Shown: positions 45,765 through 56,128 of the stretch, piece by piece
Position numbering within the stretch: position 1 is the stretch's first letter
Layout: each line of letters begins with the position of its first letter
Assembly (NCBI GenBank): GCA_001599295.1
Contig: BCGN01000005.1
Span: 372,001-436,000, forward strand
Source of the DNA: Sporopachydermia quercuum
Taxonomy: Eukaryota
Length of the DNA stretch: 64,000 nt
Direction of reading: 5' to 3'
Notes under the pieces: generated by a model
Told to the model about the DNA's origin: nothing
Database searches by the model: none
What the model saw: the letters and a program-made list of their open reading frames with translations, nothing else
Program-made: the position numbers and the translations under genes

Positions 45765-45846
45765 TCGCGTTTTTCGCGTTCTCCACTGGTAAGATACGCG
45801 TTTTTGGTGTTTGGCAATTAAACCTCAGATTGCCTAATTCGGCAAT
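45765..45846. promoter_or_regulatory. MCB-like elements plus Mcm1/ECB palindrome and Yox1-type YAATTA in the MCM2/UBR7-like divergent promoter
   Basis: TCGCGT 45765-45770 and 45774-45779; ACGCGT 45796-45801; CAATTA 45815-45820; ATTGCCTAATTCGGCAAT 45829-45846. Confidence 0.65.
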
Positions 45847-46266
45847 TGAATGGAGGTTTGTAAATCGTTAAAGATTATGTAATCGTTTATTAGTTGGAAG
45901 GGGCACTACAGAAGACATTTATCCGTTATCTATTGCTAGTCTTCGTGTGTACGCGATAAGCATAAGCATAAACGCTTTCACTTGAGGTCCAGTACAAGGG
46001 AAAATAGAGCACGAATTGGGTAGATTTTCACCAGAATGGCCCTTGTTTGATTATAAAGAGAATTGTAGGATTTGAAAATAGTTCGGGCAGAACTATGCTA
46101 AGAAACAGGCAAAAATTATGTGTTTCGAATAGATTCAGTGAACAAAGGAAAGTAGCTGACTGATCAAATCAATTGCACACGATATCAGACATACAGAGAA
46201 TCAGAAAAGACAAGAGAACTATAATAATTCCTATAAAATATTCATCATAAAGTATATATCACGAAT

Positions 46267-47796
46267 ATGACGACGGATACTACTAGTGGCATTACCGGTG
46301 TCAATGCTAAAAACAAAGTTGAAGAACTTGTAGACACCTTATCTACAGCAGGAGCAGTAACAGCGATTGAGTATCTACAGTCTCAAAGACAACTAGAGAA
46401 AGAAGCGAGATCAATACTTCCTTATAATCCAGATAAATGTTCTTATGACTTAGGGCCCAAAAAGCAACTGGTATATGCTTGTTTGACTTGTATGAAGAAT
46501 ATTCTGTCGGATGACCGTAGAAGTAACCGTTGGGATCCTTCCTGTGGTGTCTGCTACTCATGCTCAATAAAATGCCATTATGATCATGAGCTGGTAGAAT
46601 TGTTCATGAAACGTGATTTCACCTGTGACTGTGGGACTGAAAAACTGAAGAATGTCTTTGGCCCTTGTAAAATACGTTCTAAAGGAAATGGTCACTGTGA
46701 TATAAATAATGATAATGTATATGGACATAATTTCGAGGGACGGTTCTGTTCCTGTGACAAGCATTACGACCCTGACAGTGAATCTGGCACTATGGTTCAA
46801 TGTATTCTTGGTGATATTTGTCAGGAGGATTGGTATCATGATAAATGTATTTTAGGAGATGTTGTTGAAGAAAAGGATCGATCTGAAGTTCTGCTTAAGT
46901 ATGGAATTGATGTTGTTATGAAAGTGAAGGAGTCGGAAATGANGCGGGAAACTCAGGAGGAGGAGGATGACAGAGACATAAATGAAGATAGTGAGAGAGA
47001 CTCTGATTTTCAGCCGGAAGCGTTTCCTGCTACTAATGATTTTGAGCATTTCATATGCTGGAAGTGTGTTGATAAGCATAAGAGTATATTACAGCACTGG
47101 TTAGACTGGGATGATGTATGCTTACCCCCTGTGTATCAAATAGAGACTGGACAGCTACCGAAAGCTGACGGAAAAGAAGAATCTACAATAACAAACAAAA
47201 AGGTAGAGACAACGGAGGAAAGGTCAGAGGAAGATCAGACTGAACAAGCAGAACAGAAACCCAAGAGAAGAAAATTAGTAGATTCAATCACGACACCTTC
47301 AGACAAAGCATCGACTCAACTAAACGTCCAATTTCAATATTCCATATTTCTTAGAAAAGGCTATAAACAGCGGATGAAGGAAATACTACAGAAAAGGAAG
47401 CTGCCGAATTTCTTACCGAAAGACTCCATAACAAATGAAACTAGCTATTGCCAGCAGGTGGAAAAATTTCTTGATAAGTTTCCTTTTTTTGTTGAAGAAG
47501 AATCCACCTATGAACCACCAGAAGACTCCTCAGAAGATGAATATGATGAATTTGACGGCGACCTAGAGGGAAACTCGTCATCTTCTTCTCTAGCAGGAGA
47601 AACCTCTGCTGCCCTTCTGTTGAAGTCATCAAAACTACTAGAAACATTACCAAGGCAACAAGCTATCGAGGGAGCTCGGGCTTTCAATGATATGAAAGAC
47701 CGTTTGAAATCATTTTTGGATCCTTTTGTTGAGTCAGGAGAAGTAGTAACTAAAGAGAAAATACAAGAGTTTTTTACCGATTTAAAGAATAAATAA
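46267..47796 (+). CDS. UBR7/Mlo2-like UBR-box and PHD-type zinc-finger protein
   Basis: 'CSYDLG..KQLVYACLTC', 'GVCYSCSIKCH..HELVELF.KRDFTCDCG', 'NVYGHNFEGRFCSC', 'MVQC....C.EDWYH..C', 'LPRQQAIEG...FN.MKD.L..FL..F..SG.VVT.E.I..FF'. Confidence 0.88.
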   Translation: MTTDTTSGITGVNAKNKVEELVDTLSTAGAVTAIEYLQSQRQLEKEARSILPYNPDKCSYDLGPKKQLVYACLTCMKNILSDDRRSNRWDPSCGVCYSCSIKCHYDHELVELFMKRDFTCDCGTEKLKNVFGPCKIRSKGNGHCDINNDNVYGHNFEGRFCSCDKHYDPDSESGTMVQCILGDICQEDWYHDKCILGDVVEEKDRSEVLLKYGIDVVMKVKESEMXRETQEEEDDRDINEDSERDSDFQPEAFPATNDFEHFICWKCVDKHKSILQHWLDWDDVCLPPVYQIETGQLPKADGKEESTITNKKVETTEERSEEDQTEQAEQKPKRRKLVDSITTPSDKASTQLNVQFQYSIFLRKGYKQRMKEILQKRKLPNFLPKDSITNETSYCQQVEKFLDKFPFFVEEESTYEPPEDSSEDEYDEFDGDLEGNSSSSSLAGETSAALLLKSSKLLETLPRQQAIEGARAFNDMKDRLKSFLDPFVESGEVVTKEKIQEFFTDLKNK

Positions 47797-48214
47797 ATTG
47801 GTGATAAAGCTAAGAACCAAGTATGACAAGCTATAGAATTGTGTGTTACATGAATACACTTTTGATAGTATTATAAGAATATATTAACGTGTAGTATTGG
47901 TAGAATCGATAGCTTCAAGTCTCGATGGAACTAAAATGAAAGAAAAAAAAAAGCTTTTAACAATAATGAAAAAGATGTATGTAAAAGCTTGAATGTTAAC
48001 TTATATACAAGTGGAGAGACATGATCAATTGAAATATAAATATAAATATAAATAAAAACAGGTAGAACGTCTCATTTGAAAAAACGTATGATATATATTG
48101 AACAGCGAACAACAATTAAGATCAACAAGCATTTTGTTCATAGCACAGCTCTTTTCTTCATCTTCTTTTTATATACTGTGAACCAACGGAGTAGACTTAT
48201 TTATTTATACTTGC

Positions 48215-51200
48215 TTATTCATTGTCACCACCATCTTCTTTTGCTTCTTTCTTCTGTTTCTTCTTCTCCTCATCAATCTTCTTGAACTCAGATGCCCAGG
48301 CATTGTTACCTTCTTCCTTGCTCATATCTTTGAATAAAACATCAAATATATCTTGATACCAATCGGCAGGAACAGGAGTTAGACCTTCACGGATGTTATC
48401 GGGCAATTCAGACCAATCAGCAATATTATCCTTAGGGAAAATGATTGTTGAGGCGCCTGATCTTTTAGCTGCAACAGTTTTTTCTCTCAATCCACCAATA
48501 CGAAGAACTTTACCAGTAACAGTCATTTCACCTGTCATTGCCACTGTAGGTTCTAAAGGTCTATTGAATGCTAATGATAGTAAACTAGACGCCATGGTAA
48601 CTCCAGCTGAAGGTCCATCCTTTGGTACTGCTCCTTCAGGGCAATGGAGATGAATCTTTGCTTTCTCAAAGAATCTGTTTTCAGGATAATGGCTGCTAAT
48701 AAACATCTTAGCGAACGAATAGGCAATATGTGATGATTCTTTCATCACATCACCTAACTGACCTGTACGATCCAAACCAGGATGGGAATCATGAGATAAT
48801 GGCTGTTGCAATACTGATTCTACATACATGGCTGTACCACCTAAGGATGTCCAAGCAAGACCCATGACAATACCAGGTGGAGTCTTTTCATATAAACGGT
48901 CGCTTAGATAAATTGGTGGTCCAACATAATCCTTTAAGTTATCTGAGGATATAGTGATATCAACAGTATCAGGAACCACAACTTTTGGAACTGAGTCCCT
49001 TTCTTTTACAACTTCACTAAATTCATCTTCCTCTTTCTTTTCTTCCGCCGCCTTCCTTGACTCTTCGGCTTCCTTGGTTTCACCTTTGTGTTCTTCTGCT
49101 GCTGCAGCTGCTGCTTCTTCAGATTCGGGTTCTTCTTCCTCACCAATCTCTTTAACAATATTTAAAGCAGCCTTACGGTAAATCTTTTCAATTTGCTTCT
49201 TGAGATTTCTAACACCACTTTCTCTGCAGTAAGACTTAATCAAAGTAACTAAACCATCCTCAGTAAGATTCACCTTAGCAGATTTCAAACCAGAGAGTTC
49301 TTTAGCAGCAGGAATCAAATAGTTTTCAGCAATGTTCACTTTTTCATAAGCAACATAGCCAGAAAGCTCAATAACTTCCATACGATCAAGTAAAGGTCTT
49401 GGAATACTATCGGTGATGTTTGCAGTACAAACAAATAATACCTTGGATAAATCAACAGGAATATCCATATAATGGTCTAAAAAGTTGCTGTTCTGTTCAG
49501 GATCCAACACTTCAAGTAAAGCAGCGGCAGGATCACCATGAACGCCTCCGTGTCCAATCTTATCGATCTCATCAATAAGAATCAATGGATTCTCCGTTTC
49601 ACATTGTCTTAAAGCTTGAATAATCCTACCTGGTAAAGCACCAATATAAGTTCTTCTATGACCTTTGATTTCTGCCACGTCGGTGATACCACCAACAGAA
49701 AATCTATAGAATTTTCTATTCAAGGCTCTTGCAATTGATTTGCCAATAGACGTTTTACCTACACCAGGAGGTCCAACAAAACAAAGGATTTTACCATCAA
49801 CAGATCCTAAAAGTTTACCAACAGCAATGAATTCTAAAATTCTATCCTTGACATCTTTCATTCCATAGTGATCTTCGTCTAAGATAGTAAGTGCTTTCTT
49901 GATATTATACTGTTCCTTTGATTTCATACCCCATGGTAATTGAGTGATCCAATCAAGATAGTTTCGGGTAACGTTGAATTCACTCATAGCGGTTTCTAAT
50001 GTAGAAAGTTTGCTTAATTCATCATCAAATACTTTCTTAACGGCCTCTGGCATGGCTAATTTCGCAGCTTTTTCTTTGAATGATTCAATCAATTTGTCTC
50101 TACCATCATTGATTCCTAATTCGCGCTTGATACCCTTCAGCTGCTCCATCAGATAGTACTCCCTTTGACGCTTCTGGATCTTTGACTCAACGTCCTTCGA
50201 GATCTTCTCTTGCAGTTGAGCGTTCATTAATTCTTTCGTCAAAACAGTCAAAGCCTTTCTGAGTCTTTCTTCAATGTTTAAAGCGTTAAGAACTTCTTGA
50301 AGTTCTTTTTCTTCACCAGCAGAAACTGCTGCAGCAAAATCAGCCAATCTTGCTGGTTCCTCGAAAATATTGGTAGTAGCCGTTTGCATGGAAGCCGAAA
50401 ATGTAGCAATTTGCTCTCTGAACAGAGAATTTAGTTTGCCAATATCTTTGAATACTTTCAAGGTTTCAGAAACCAAAGCATTGACAACTGGAGAGTGTCT
50501 ATCATATGGCTCATCTTCTAAGTCTGAAACGTTGATTATTGATACATTATAATCCTTCAAGAAAGCAGAAGGACCTAAATCTTCACTTGAATCACTTGCA
50601 ATATCAGATTGATCTTCAGTCTTGACAGCAACTGATTTTTCAAAACTGGTAACATCACTTTCTTCGCTGGCAGATGCAGCAGGTATTGATTCAGTGGGAA
50701 TGCTGGTGGCAGGCTTTTCCCTAGTTGTTTCTTCCTTGCTACCAACTGTGGACTTAACTTTAGCCTTAGTAGCAGCGGCTTCAATATCTGACAGAGACTT
50801 ATCTATTATATCCAACTCTTCTACTTCAACTGAGCCAGTTCCTTCAGTTTCAGCAGTTTCAGAACGCAGAACCTTAGGAGGTATTAAACTGTCGATTCTA
50901 ATTCTACCGTGGGGGTATAAAAGAGCAGTCATTGTGCTTCTGCCAGTGCCTTCATCTCTTGAGGAGAAAAAGCTCGTGATTTGAGCAAATACACCTACTG
51001 GATAAACATCATCCACGTTCTCAATCACATCACTGTCAGCATGTTCATCTTTGAATAGAAAAGCACCGACATAGGGCTGTTTTCTCTTTATAGTCTCTTC
51101 CATAGCTGCAATCACCTGGGGATCAGTGACTACGACTGCTTTATAGAAACCAGGGAATAGTGGTCTTCTAGAAATAGGTAAGGCCAAAAGCTGTGGGTAC

Positions 51201-51760
51201 GTTTCAACATAATGTGGCTTCTTGCGACCTTTCAAAGAATGAGATCCATCTCCACTACCATCGTCACCACCATTTGGAGTACCTGCGCCAGACGCGGAAG
51301 AGGCAGAATTTGAACTTCCGGTTGCAACTGTAGATGAACTAACAGAATCGTCCTTCTTGGTAGGAGTTTTTGGATTCTCGGCAGGAGATGGTTCTGGCTC
51401 CTTACTTGGAGTTTCCTTATCATCTGATTCAGCAGGCTTTTCATTTGTATCTTTGCCAGTTGGTTTCTTTGCTGATTTCAACAACATCTCTGAAAACACT
51501 TCAAAATCATCAAGTGATTTCTGGACGTTAGGGGAAACAAAAGGTTTATACTCTGAACCGTTAAGACTACTTGGATCCATCATGGATTCTTCTTTATGTA
51601 ATGGTAAGGCAACCGAAGTGGCAGATCGTGAGAGACATGGAATCATCACTGATCCTTTCGTCACGCTGCAACTGCGACCCGAAGATGCCAATGGTCTATG
51701 CATTTGTGATAATGCTTTTCTAGCAACAAAGCTAGAAGGTAGTTTTCTTAGCAACGTCAT
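48215..51760 (-). CDS. PIM1: Mitochondrial Lon protease
   Basis: Presequence; 'RRPLFPGFYK'; Walker A 'GPPGVGKTS'; 'IKGHRRTYIGALPG'; catalytic 'PKDGPSAG' and 'IGGLREK'. Confidence 0.98.
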   Translation of the reverse strand: MTLLRKLPSSFVARKALSQMHRPLASSGRSCSVTKGSVMIPCLSRSATSVALPLHKEESMMDPSSLNGSEYKPFVSPNVQKSLDDFEVFSEMLLKSAKKPTGKDTNEKPAESDDKETPSKEPEPSPAENPKTPTKKDDSVSSSTVATGSSNSASSASGAGTPNGGDDGSGDGSHSLKGRKKPHYVETYPQLLALPISRRPLFPGFYKAVVVTDPQVIAAMEETIKRKQPYVGAFLFKDEHADSDVIENVDDVYPVGVFAQITSFFSSRDEGTGRSTMTALLYPHGRIRIDSLIPPKVLRSETAETEGTGSVEVEELDIIDKSLSDIEAAATKAKVKSTVGSKEETTREKPATSIPTESIPAASASEESDVTSFEKSVAVKTEDQSDIASDSSEDLGPSAFLKDYNVSIINVSDLEDEPYDRHSPVVNALVSETLKVFKDIGKLNSLFREQIATFSASMQTATTNIFEEPARLADFAAAVSAGEEKELQEVLNALNIEERLRKALTVLTKELMNAQLQEKISKDVESKIQKRQREYYLMEQLKGIKRELGINDGRDKLIESFKEKAAKLAMPEAVKKVFDDELSKLSTLETAMSEFNVTRNYLDWITQLPWGMKSKEQYNIKKALTILDEDHYGMKDVKDRILEFIAVGKLLGSVDGKILCFVGPPGVGKTSIGKSIARALNRKFYRFSVGGITDVAEIKGHRRTYIGALPGRIIQALRQCETENPLILIDEIDKIGHGGVHGDPAAALLEVLDPEQNSNFLDHYMDIPVDLSKVLFVCTANITDSIPRPLLDRMEVIELSGYVAYEKVNIAENYLIPAAKELSGLKSAKVNLTEDGLVTLIKSYCRESGVRNLKKQIEKIYRKAALNIVKEIGEEEEPESEEAAAAAAEEHKGETKEAEESRKAAEEKKEEDEFSEVVKERDSVPKVVVPDTVDITISSDNLKDYVGPPIYLSDRLYEKTPPGIVMGLAWTSLGGTAMYVESVLQQPLSHDSHPGLDRTGQLGDVMKESSHIAYSFAKMFISSHYPENRFFEKAKIHLHCPEGAVPKDGPSAGVTMASSLLSLAFNRPLEPTVAMTGEMTVTGKVLRIGGLREKTVAAKRSGASTIIFPKDNIADWSELPDNIREGLTPVPADWYQDIFDVLFKDMSKEEGNNAWASEFKKIDEEKKKQKKEAKEDGGDNE

Positions 51761-52761
51761 ATTGTATAATGTGAATTGAGGATTACTTAAGAATTACTGT
51801 TTACGCTATAAAGCAACCTATGAGATGGACTATTGGCCAACAGATTAATGGTGATCAATTGAAGTGCCACACAGTCACAAGTGAATAGGAATGATCAGCA
51901 CGATAAGCAATGTCTTATTATAATGGCTTCCCAGCTTCAAAGTTGAAAATAAAAAGGTGTGCTGAAAACTTCTATCAAATCTATCGCGACACTCGTCCAA
52001 TAAACAACTGACTAGTTTAATTATGTGTTATTCAACCAAATGTCCATCAACTGATCAGTGATAGCAAATGCACTAGTTAGATGAGATGGTCAGTGAATCA
52101 GACAATAAATACCGATAAAACAGCCTTCTTGGATAGGATTTTTGTTTTATTTCAACAATCACTCGTTATCGGAATTGAGAGGTTGATAATGCCAGTAAAG
52201 AGACAATCAATGCTTTAGTAAGCTTATTCACTCAGAATGAATAGTGGCAATAGCATGGTGATAACTGAGAACACAATACCATAATAAGCCCAGGAGGCGT
52301 CGGTTATCGTCGAGGTGTCAGGATTAATTAGTAATTTGGGCGGGGGGAGGTGAAGAGATAGGGTAGGAAGTATGGATTTATTGCAGTAAGAGGGGTATAT
52401 TGTAGATGAAGAGATACGAGAGTCACGTGAAAAGGGGAGAAAGACAAGTTCATGAATGGCTAATGTTTTGTTTTTAGTTCTAATTGTAAACTGAAGCTTG
52501 AGTTCTGGTTCAGACCACTTGATGATTATTTAGTAAATAGACGTTATACAAAAAAGGAGGAGGCCATATCGATAGTAAGATTCATGCGATTGGGTTCTGG
52601 GGTATATGCAGGATTCATGCAAGATGTATCGCATATGCATGTAATCGCATACTGTGAGTGGTTAATGCTCGTAAATGAGTAACAATCAATCGAATATTTC
52701 AGGCAATCCTCTACAAATTGCTGCTAATTGAATGAGGAGCATAATTAGTTAATAAGCTTCT

Positions 52762-53463
52762 TCATGCTGTAGTGATTGGTTGACCTTGAGTTATTACATC
52801 CGCTTGAGCTACAGTAGCGTCTGTCATCTCCACATCTTTGGAGCCTGGATCATCAAGTCCATCAGTTCCATTCGATTCAGTGGGTTCAATTTTATTTGAA
52901 TCTTCATCAGATTTCGGCTGAAAAGATAGCTTATTAGCGCGCCATCGTGTTTCCATGTCAGCCATTAGTTTACCAACAGTATCCAACTTTGATATATCTC
53001 TTCGGAACTCCTCTTGCTGAAGCAGTGTTAAAATGTGTAAACAGTTTGGATAAACCAGATATTGTGCATATTTAGGATCCCTCCAGTACTCTAGATATTT
53101 CAAGTAGTTCAAGACCTTCTCCTCTTCAAAGTATTTGTTCTGCGCTAGATAGTTGACGTACTGTAAATTTGCTAATGATTGAACGAACTGTTGTCATGTT
53201 AGAATCTCATATTACGCAGAACTATTTCAAAATACCACTGCAATTATCACACCAACAATTCTNATAATCCTTCTTGAAATCAAGGTTGTTAACCAGCTTT
53301 CAAATCTCCAGCTTTACATTTTACTTACCTCGAGCTCAATTTCCCATCTTGTTGGCAATTCAGGCAAAGCTGTCGTATCTGATGATTCATTTGTTTCTGG
53401 GTTAGAATCTATCGGTGCTTCTTCGCCAACGTTTACCGTGCTTGCTTCTAGATTCTCGCTCAT
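52762..53463 (-). CDS. SOH1: Mediator subunit Med31/Soh1, 2 exons: 53463-53329 and 53187-52762
   Basis: Intron 53328-53188 (GTAAGT...TTCTAAC...CAG) joins [26 protein letters not shown]...[28 protein letters not shown]. Confidence 0.93.
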
Positions 53464-54420
53464 TGTGAACTATACAACCGGACATAAGAGTACTCTTTTT
53501 AACTTGGTCAACCTTTCCTTTTTCTGCCTTCTATCTATACTCTCTTTGCATAAGCCAAGAACGAACCCTATGATCTATTGAATACACAACCTTGAATCTC
53601 TCTATCTTTAGAAACCTTCAACAGTCATATGCACATATTCATGCTACCTCTTTCTCCTTCTCTAAGTAGTACTACTGCATCAAATTCCTATCGCTTCCTA
53701 TCGCTTATACCAAATAAACTATCAACAAATACTTGGTAACATAAATAGATAAGAAACAGCATGAGCTAACAGGCTTAACCAGGCATACACAGATATTTAC
53801 AGGACGGAGGACAAGGTATATTCCGGAGATCATACTGATCTATCAGAACCCCAAAACAGGAACAAATATCGGATATTATAGATAGCTTTTTAAAGTCCAA
53901 CTTATGCATAAACACAATATATAAGCAAACCTTAACTCATCATCAATATATACTTCCACATAAACCGAACTTTCTTCCTATTAAACAGGACTTCCCAGTT
54001 ATTTATTATATATAATAATAGTAGAGTGTCATCATCAGTATAATACATAATAGCTAGTCAAGCACTCAAATGTGTAAACATATCTATCTTATGACAAATT
54101 ATTGGCAAACATTATAAGACATTCCACTGATGAAAGATAATCAACCATATAACTCATCCCATCATCTCATCAACAGTGACATAAGCCATATATCATTTCA
54201 TAATTGATTCATGCTATGGAATAGTTGCAACTAAGCCAATAAGCAAAAACAGCTGTGAATAAAAAGGGAATCAATTATCAGCTGTACTTAGTCTTCTTCG
54301 CATTTTCTATCAACCCTGGCACAACTTAGGATAGCCCACTTGAACCAGGCACCACCTTACTCGTTGATCCATTATACTCATCAATCAATAGCAAAGAAAG
54401 CAAACCAAAATTTACATATA

Positions 54421-55482
54421 ATGGCAAATCTCAACACACCTCAGACAATACGACAGAACAGACTTTTCAAGCCATTGCAGTTCAAACTATGGCTATGCTT
54501 ATATCCATTAACCATTCTAGCAGGTCAAGCATTGTACTTTTCATCAAAGTATCCTTTGCTGATCAACACTGCACCTGTCATTGACAACCATCTGGCATAT
54601 TTCAATAATAAACGAAACCTGCTAAACCGAATTTTTGTTAAAAAAGGGTGGCTATGGACGACGATAGCTTTTATGGGAATTATTTTCTGGATTCAGTTGT
54701 ATAATATGTTTGTTGATGAGCAGAAAGTTAAGTATGAAGAAAAACAAGATGGCCATCGTAGCGGCAATAAAGACGATATTAACAGCGAAAATAATACTAT
54801 TGATGCCAAAACTTCTATTACAACTACTACATCTCCGCCTTTGATTGATGAGCCTGATAACTTCAAGTTACCAAAGATAAATATCGTGCGAAAACTAATC
54901 ATTGATTATCTGCTGGCCACTCTCATATGGGTGTTCTATTCTCAATGGTTCTTTGGTCCTGCTATCATGGACAGAGTATTTATACTTAGTGGGGGCACCT
55001 GTGAGCTCCACACGATGGGATCATCCACAGATTTGGATTTAGGGCCCTTGCCTTTGGAAATGAGCATTGGTAGCCCTATTGTTCATGTTAGCAGTAGTAG
55101 CTGTAGAAAATCGGGTGGCGCATGGGTCAATGGATTCGATCCCAGTGGTCATTGTTTCATACTCACGCACATGAGCTTGTTTCTAGTGGTGATAGTTATG
55201 AGAATTTGGAATAGTGTGCAACATAATGGTAACTTCTTGCTGACAGTAGTAGATTTACTAATACCTGGCAGTGATGGATTGTTGAAGTATAAGGAGGTCA
55301 AATCAATAGACAACGTCAAACTAGTTGGACGAATAGTAGCATTTCTGTTGATCTTTTTGTTTCTACTATGGTTGTTTATGTTATTTATAACTGGGGTATT
55401 TTTCCATGGTTTTGGTGAGAATCTTGCTGGTTTGATTGGTGGCTATTTTTGGTTTGTATTGATGTTCTTAGGATTCAATTAG
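54421..55482 (+). CDS. SCS3: FIT-family ER acyl-CoA diphosphatase Scs3
   Basis: 'YFNNKRNLLNRIFVKKGWLWTT', 'QWFFGPAIMDRVF..SGG.C', 'GFDPSGHCFIL', 'T.VFFH...E'. First ATG is 54421. Divergent from SOH1, as in S. cerevisiae. Confidence 0.85.
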   Translation: MANLNTPQTIRQNRLFKPLQFKLWLCLYPLTILAGQALYFSSKYPLLINTAPVIDNHLAYFNNKRNLLNRIFVKKGWLWTTIAFMGIIFWIQLYNMFVDEQKVKYEEKQDGHRSGNKDDINSENNTIDAKTSITTTTSPPLIDEPDNFKLPKINIVRKLIIDYLLATLIWVFYSQWFFGPAIMDRVFILSGGTCELHTMGSSTDLDLGPLPLEMSIGSPIVHVSSSSCRKSGGAWVNGFDPSGHCFILTHMSLFLVVIVMRIWNSVQHNGNFLLTVVDLLIPGSDGLLKYKEVKSIDNVKLVGRIVAFLLIFLFLLWLFMLFITGVFFHGFGENLAGLIGGYFWFVLMFLGFN

Positions 55483-56128
55483 AAGGATTGATCTAATAAG
55501 CTTGAATGTTTAATGAGATGTAGAATGTATATAATAAAGATTGTACAGTTGCTTTTCTACAGCTGTTGTTTACGAAAGTCTGATAACAAAAGTCTGCTAA
55601 GATGTCATGTGGCATGAATCGTTGGGAACGTCAGTGCCATCAATAATAATTAGAACGCTTCAAATGTTCAAAGATTAACTAAAATGATAACTACTTCTCT
55701 TAGGTGTTCAGGAGCAGTGGATATTTTCTTGGTTGACGTATCTAGCAGAAATACATTTAAGAATCACGTTCACAGTAGATGTACTCATGAATACTCTCTA
55801 TAAGTAGGATAATAATCAACACTAGTAGAGAACACACACATATACTTGTGATAAGATACAACCATCAGCTATCAATTCTCATATGATTCAATCGCTTGAG
55901 TAATTAGGCCAAATCTATCAGTTACTCAGATTCAGATGCTAAATGACAACTATTATTGCTAATATTATGACTTCTGTCAAGAAATCTCCGTTCATTCTTT
56001 ACAGTCCATACAAATAAGCAGTAATGTTCACATTATATCCTTTATCCTATACAAATTATACATAAAAATAATACGACAAAAAAGAGAATGCCCTATTTAA
56101 TACCACCTAAACTGATTTAGCTGTTTCT

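Noticed and set aside
53687..53706. 10-nt tandem duplication CCTATCGCTT x2 in the SOH1/SCS3 promoter
   Set aside because: Simple slippage repeat with no motif I recognise.
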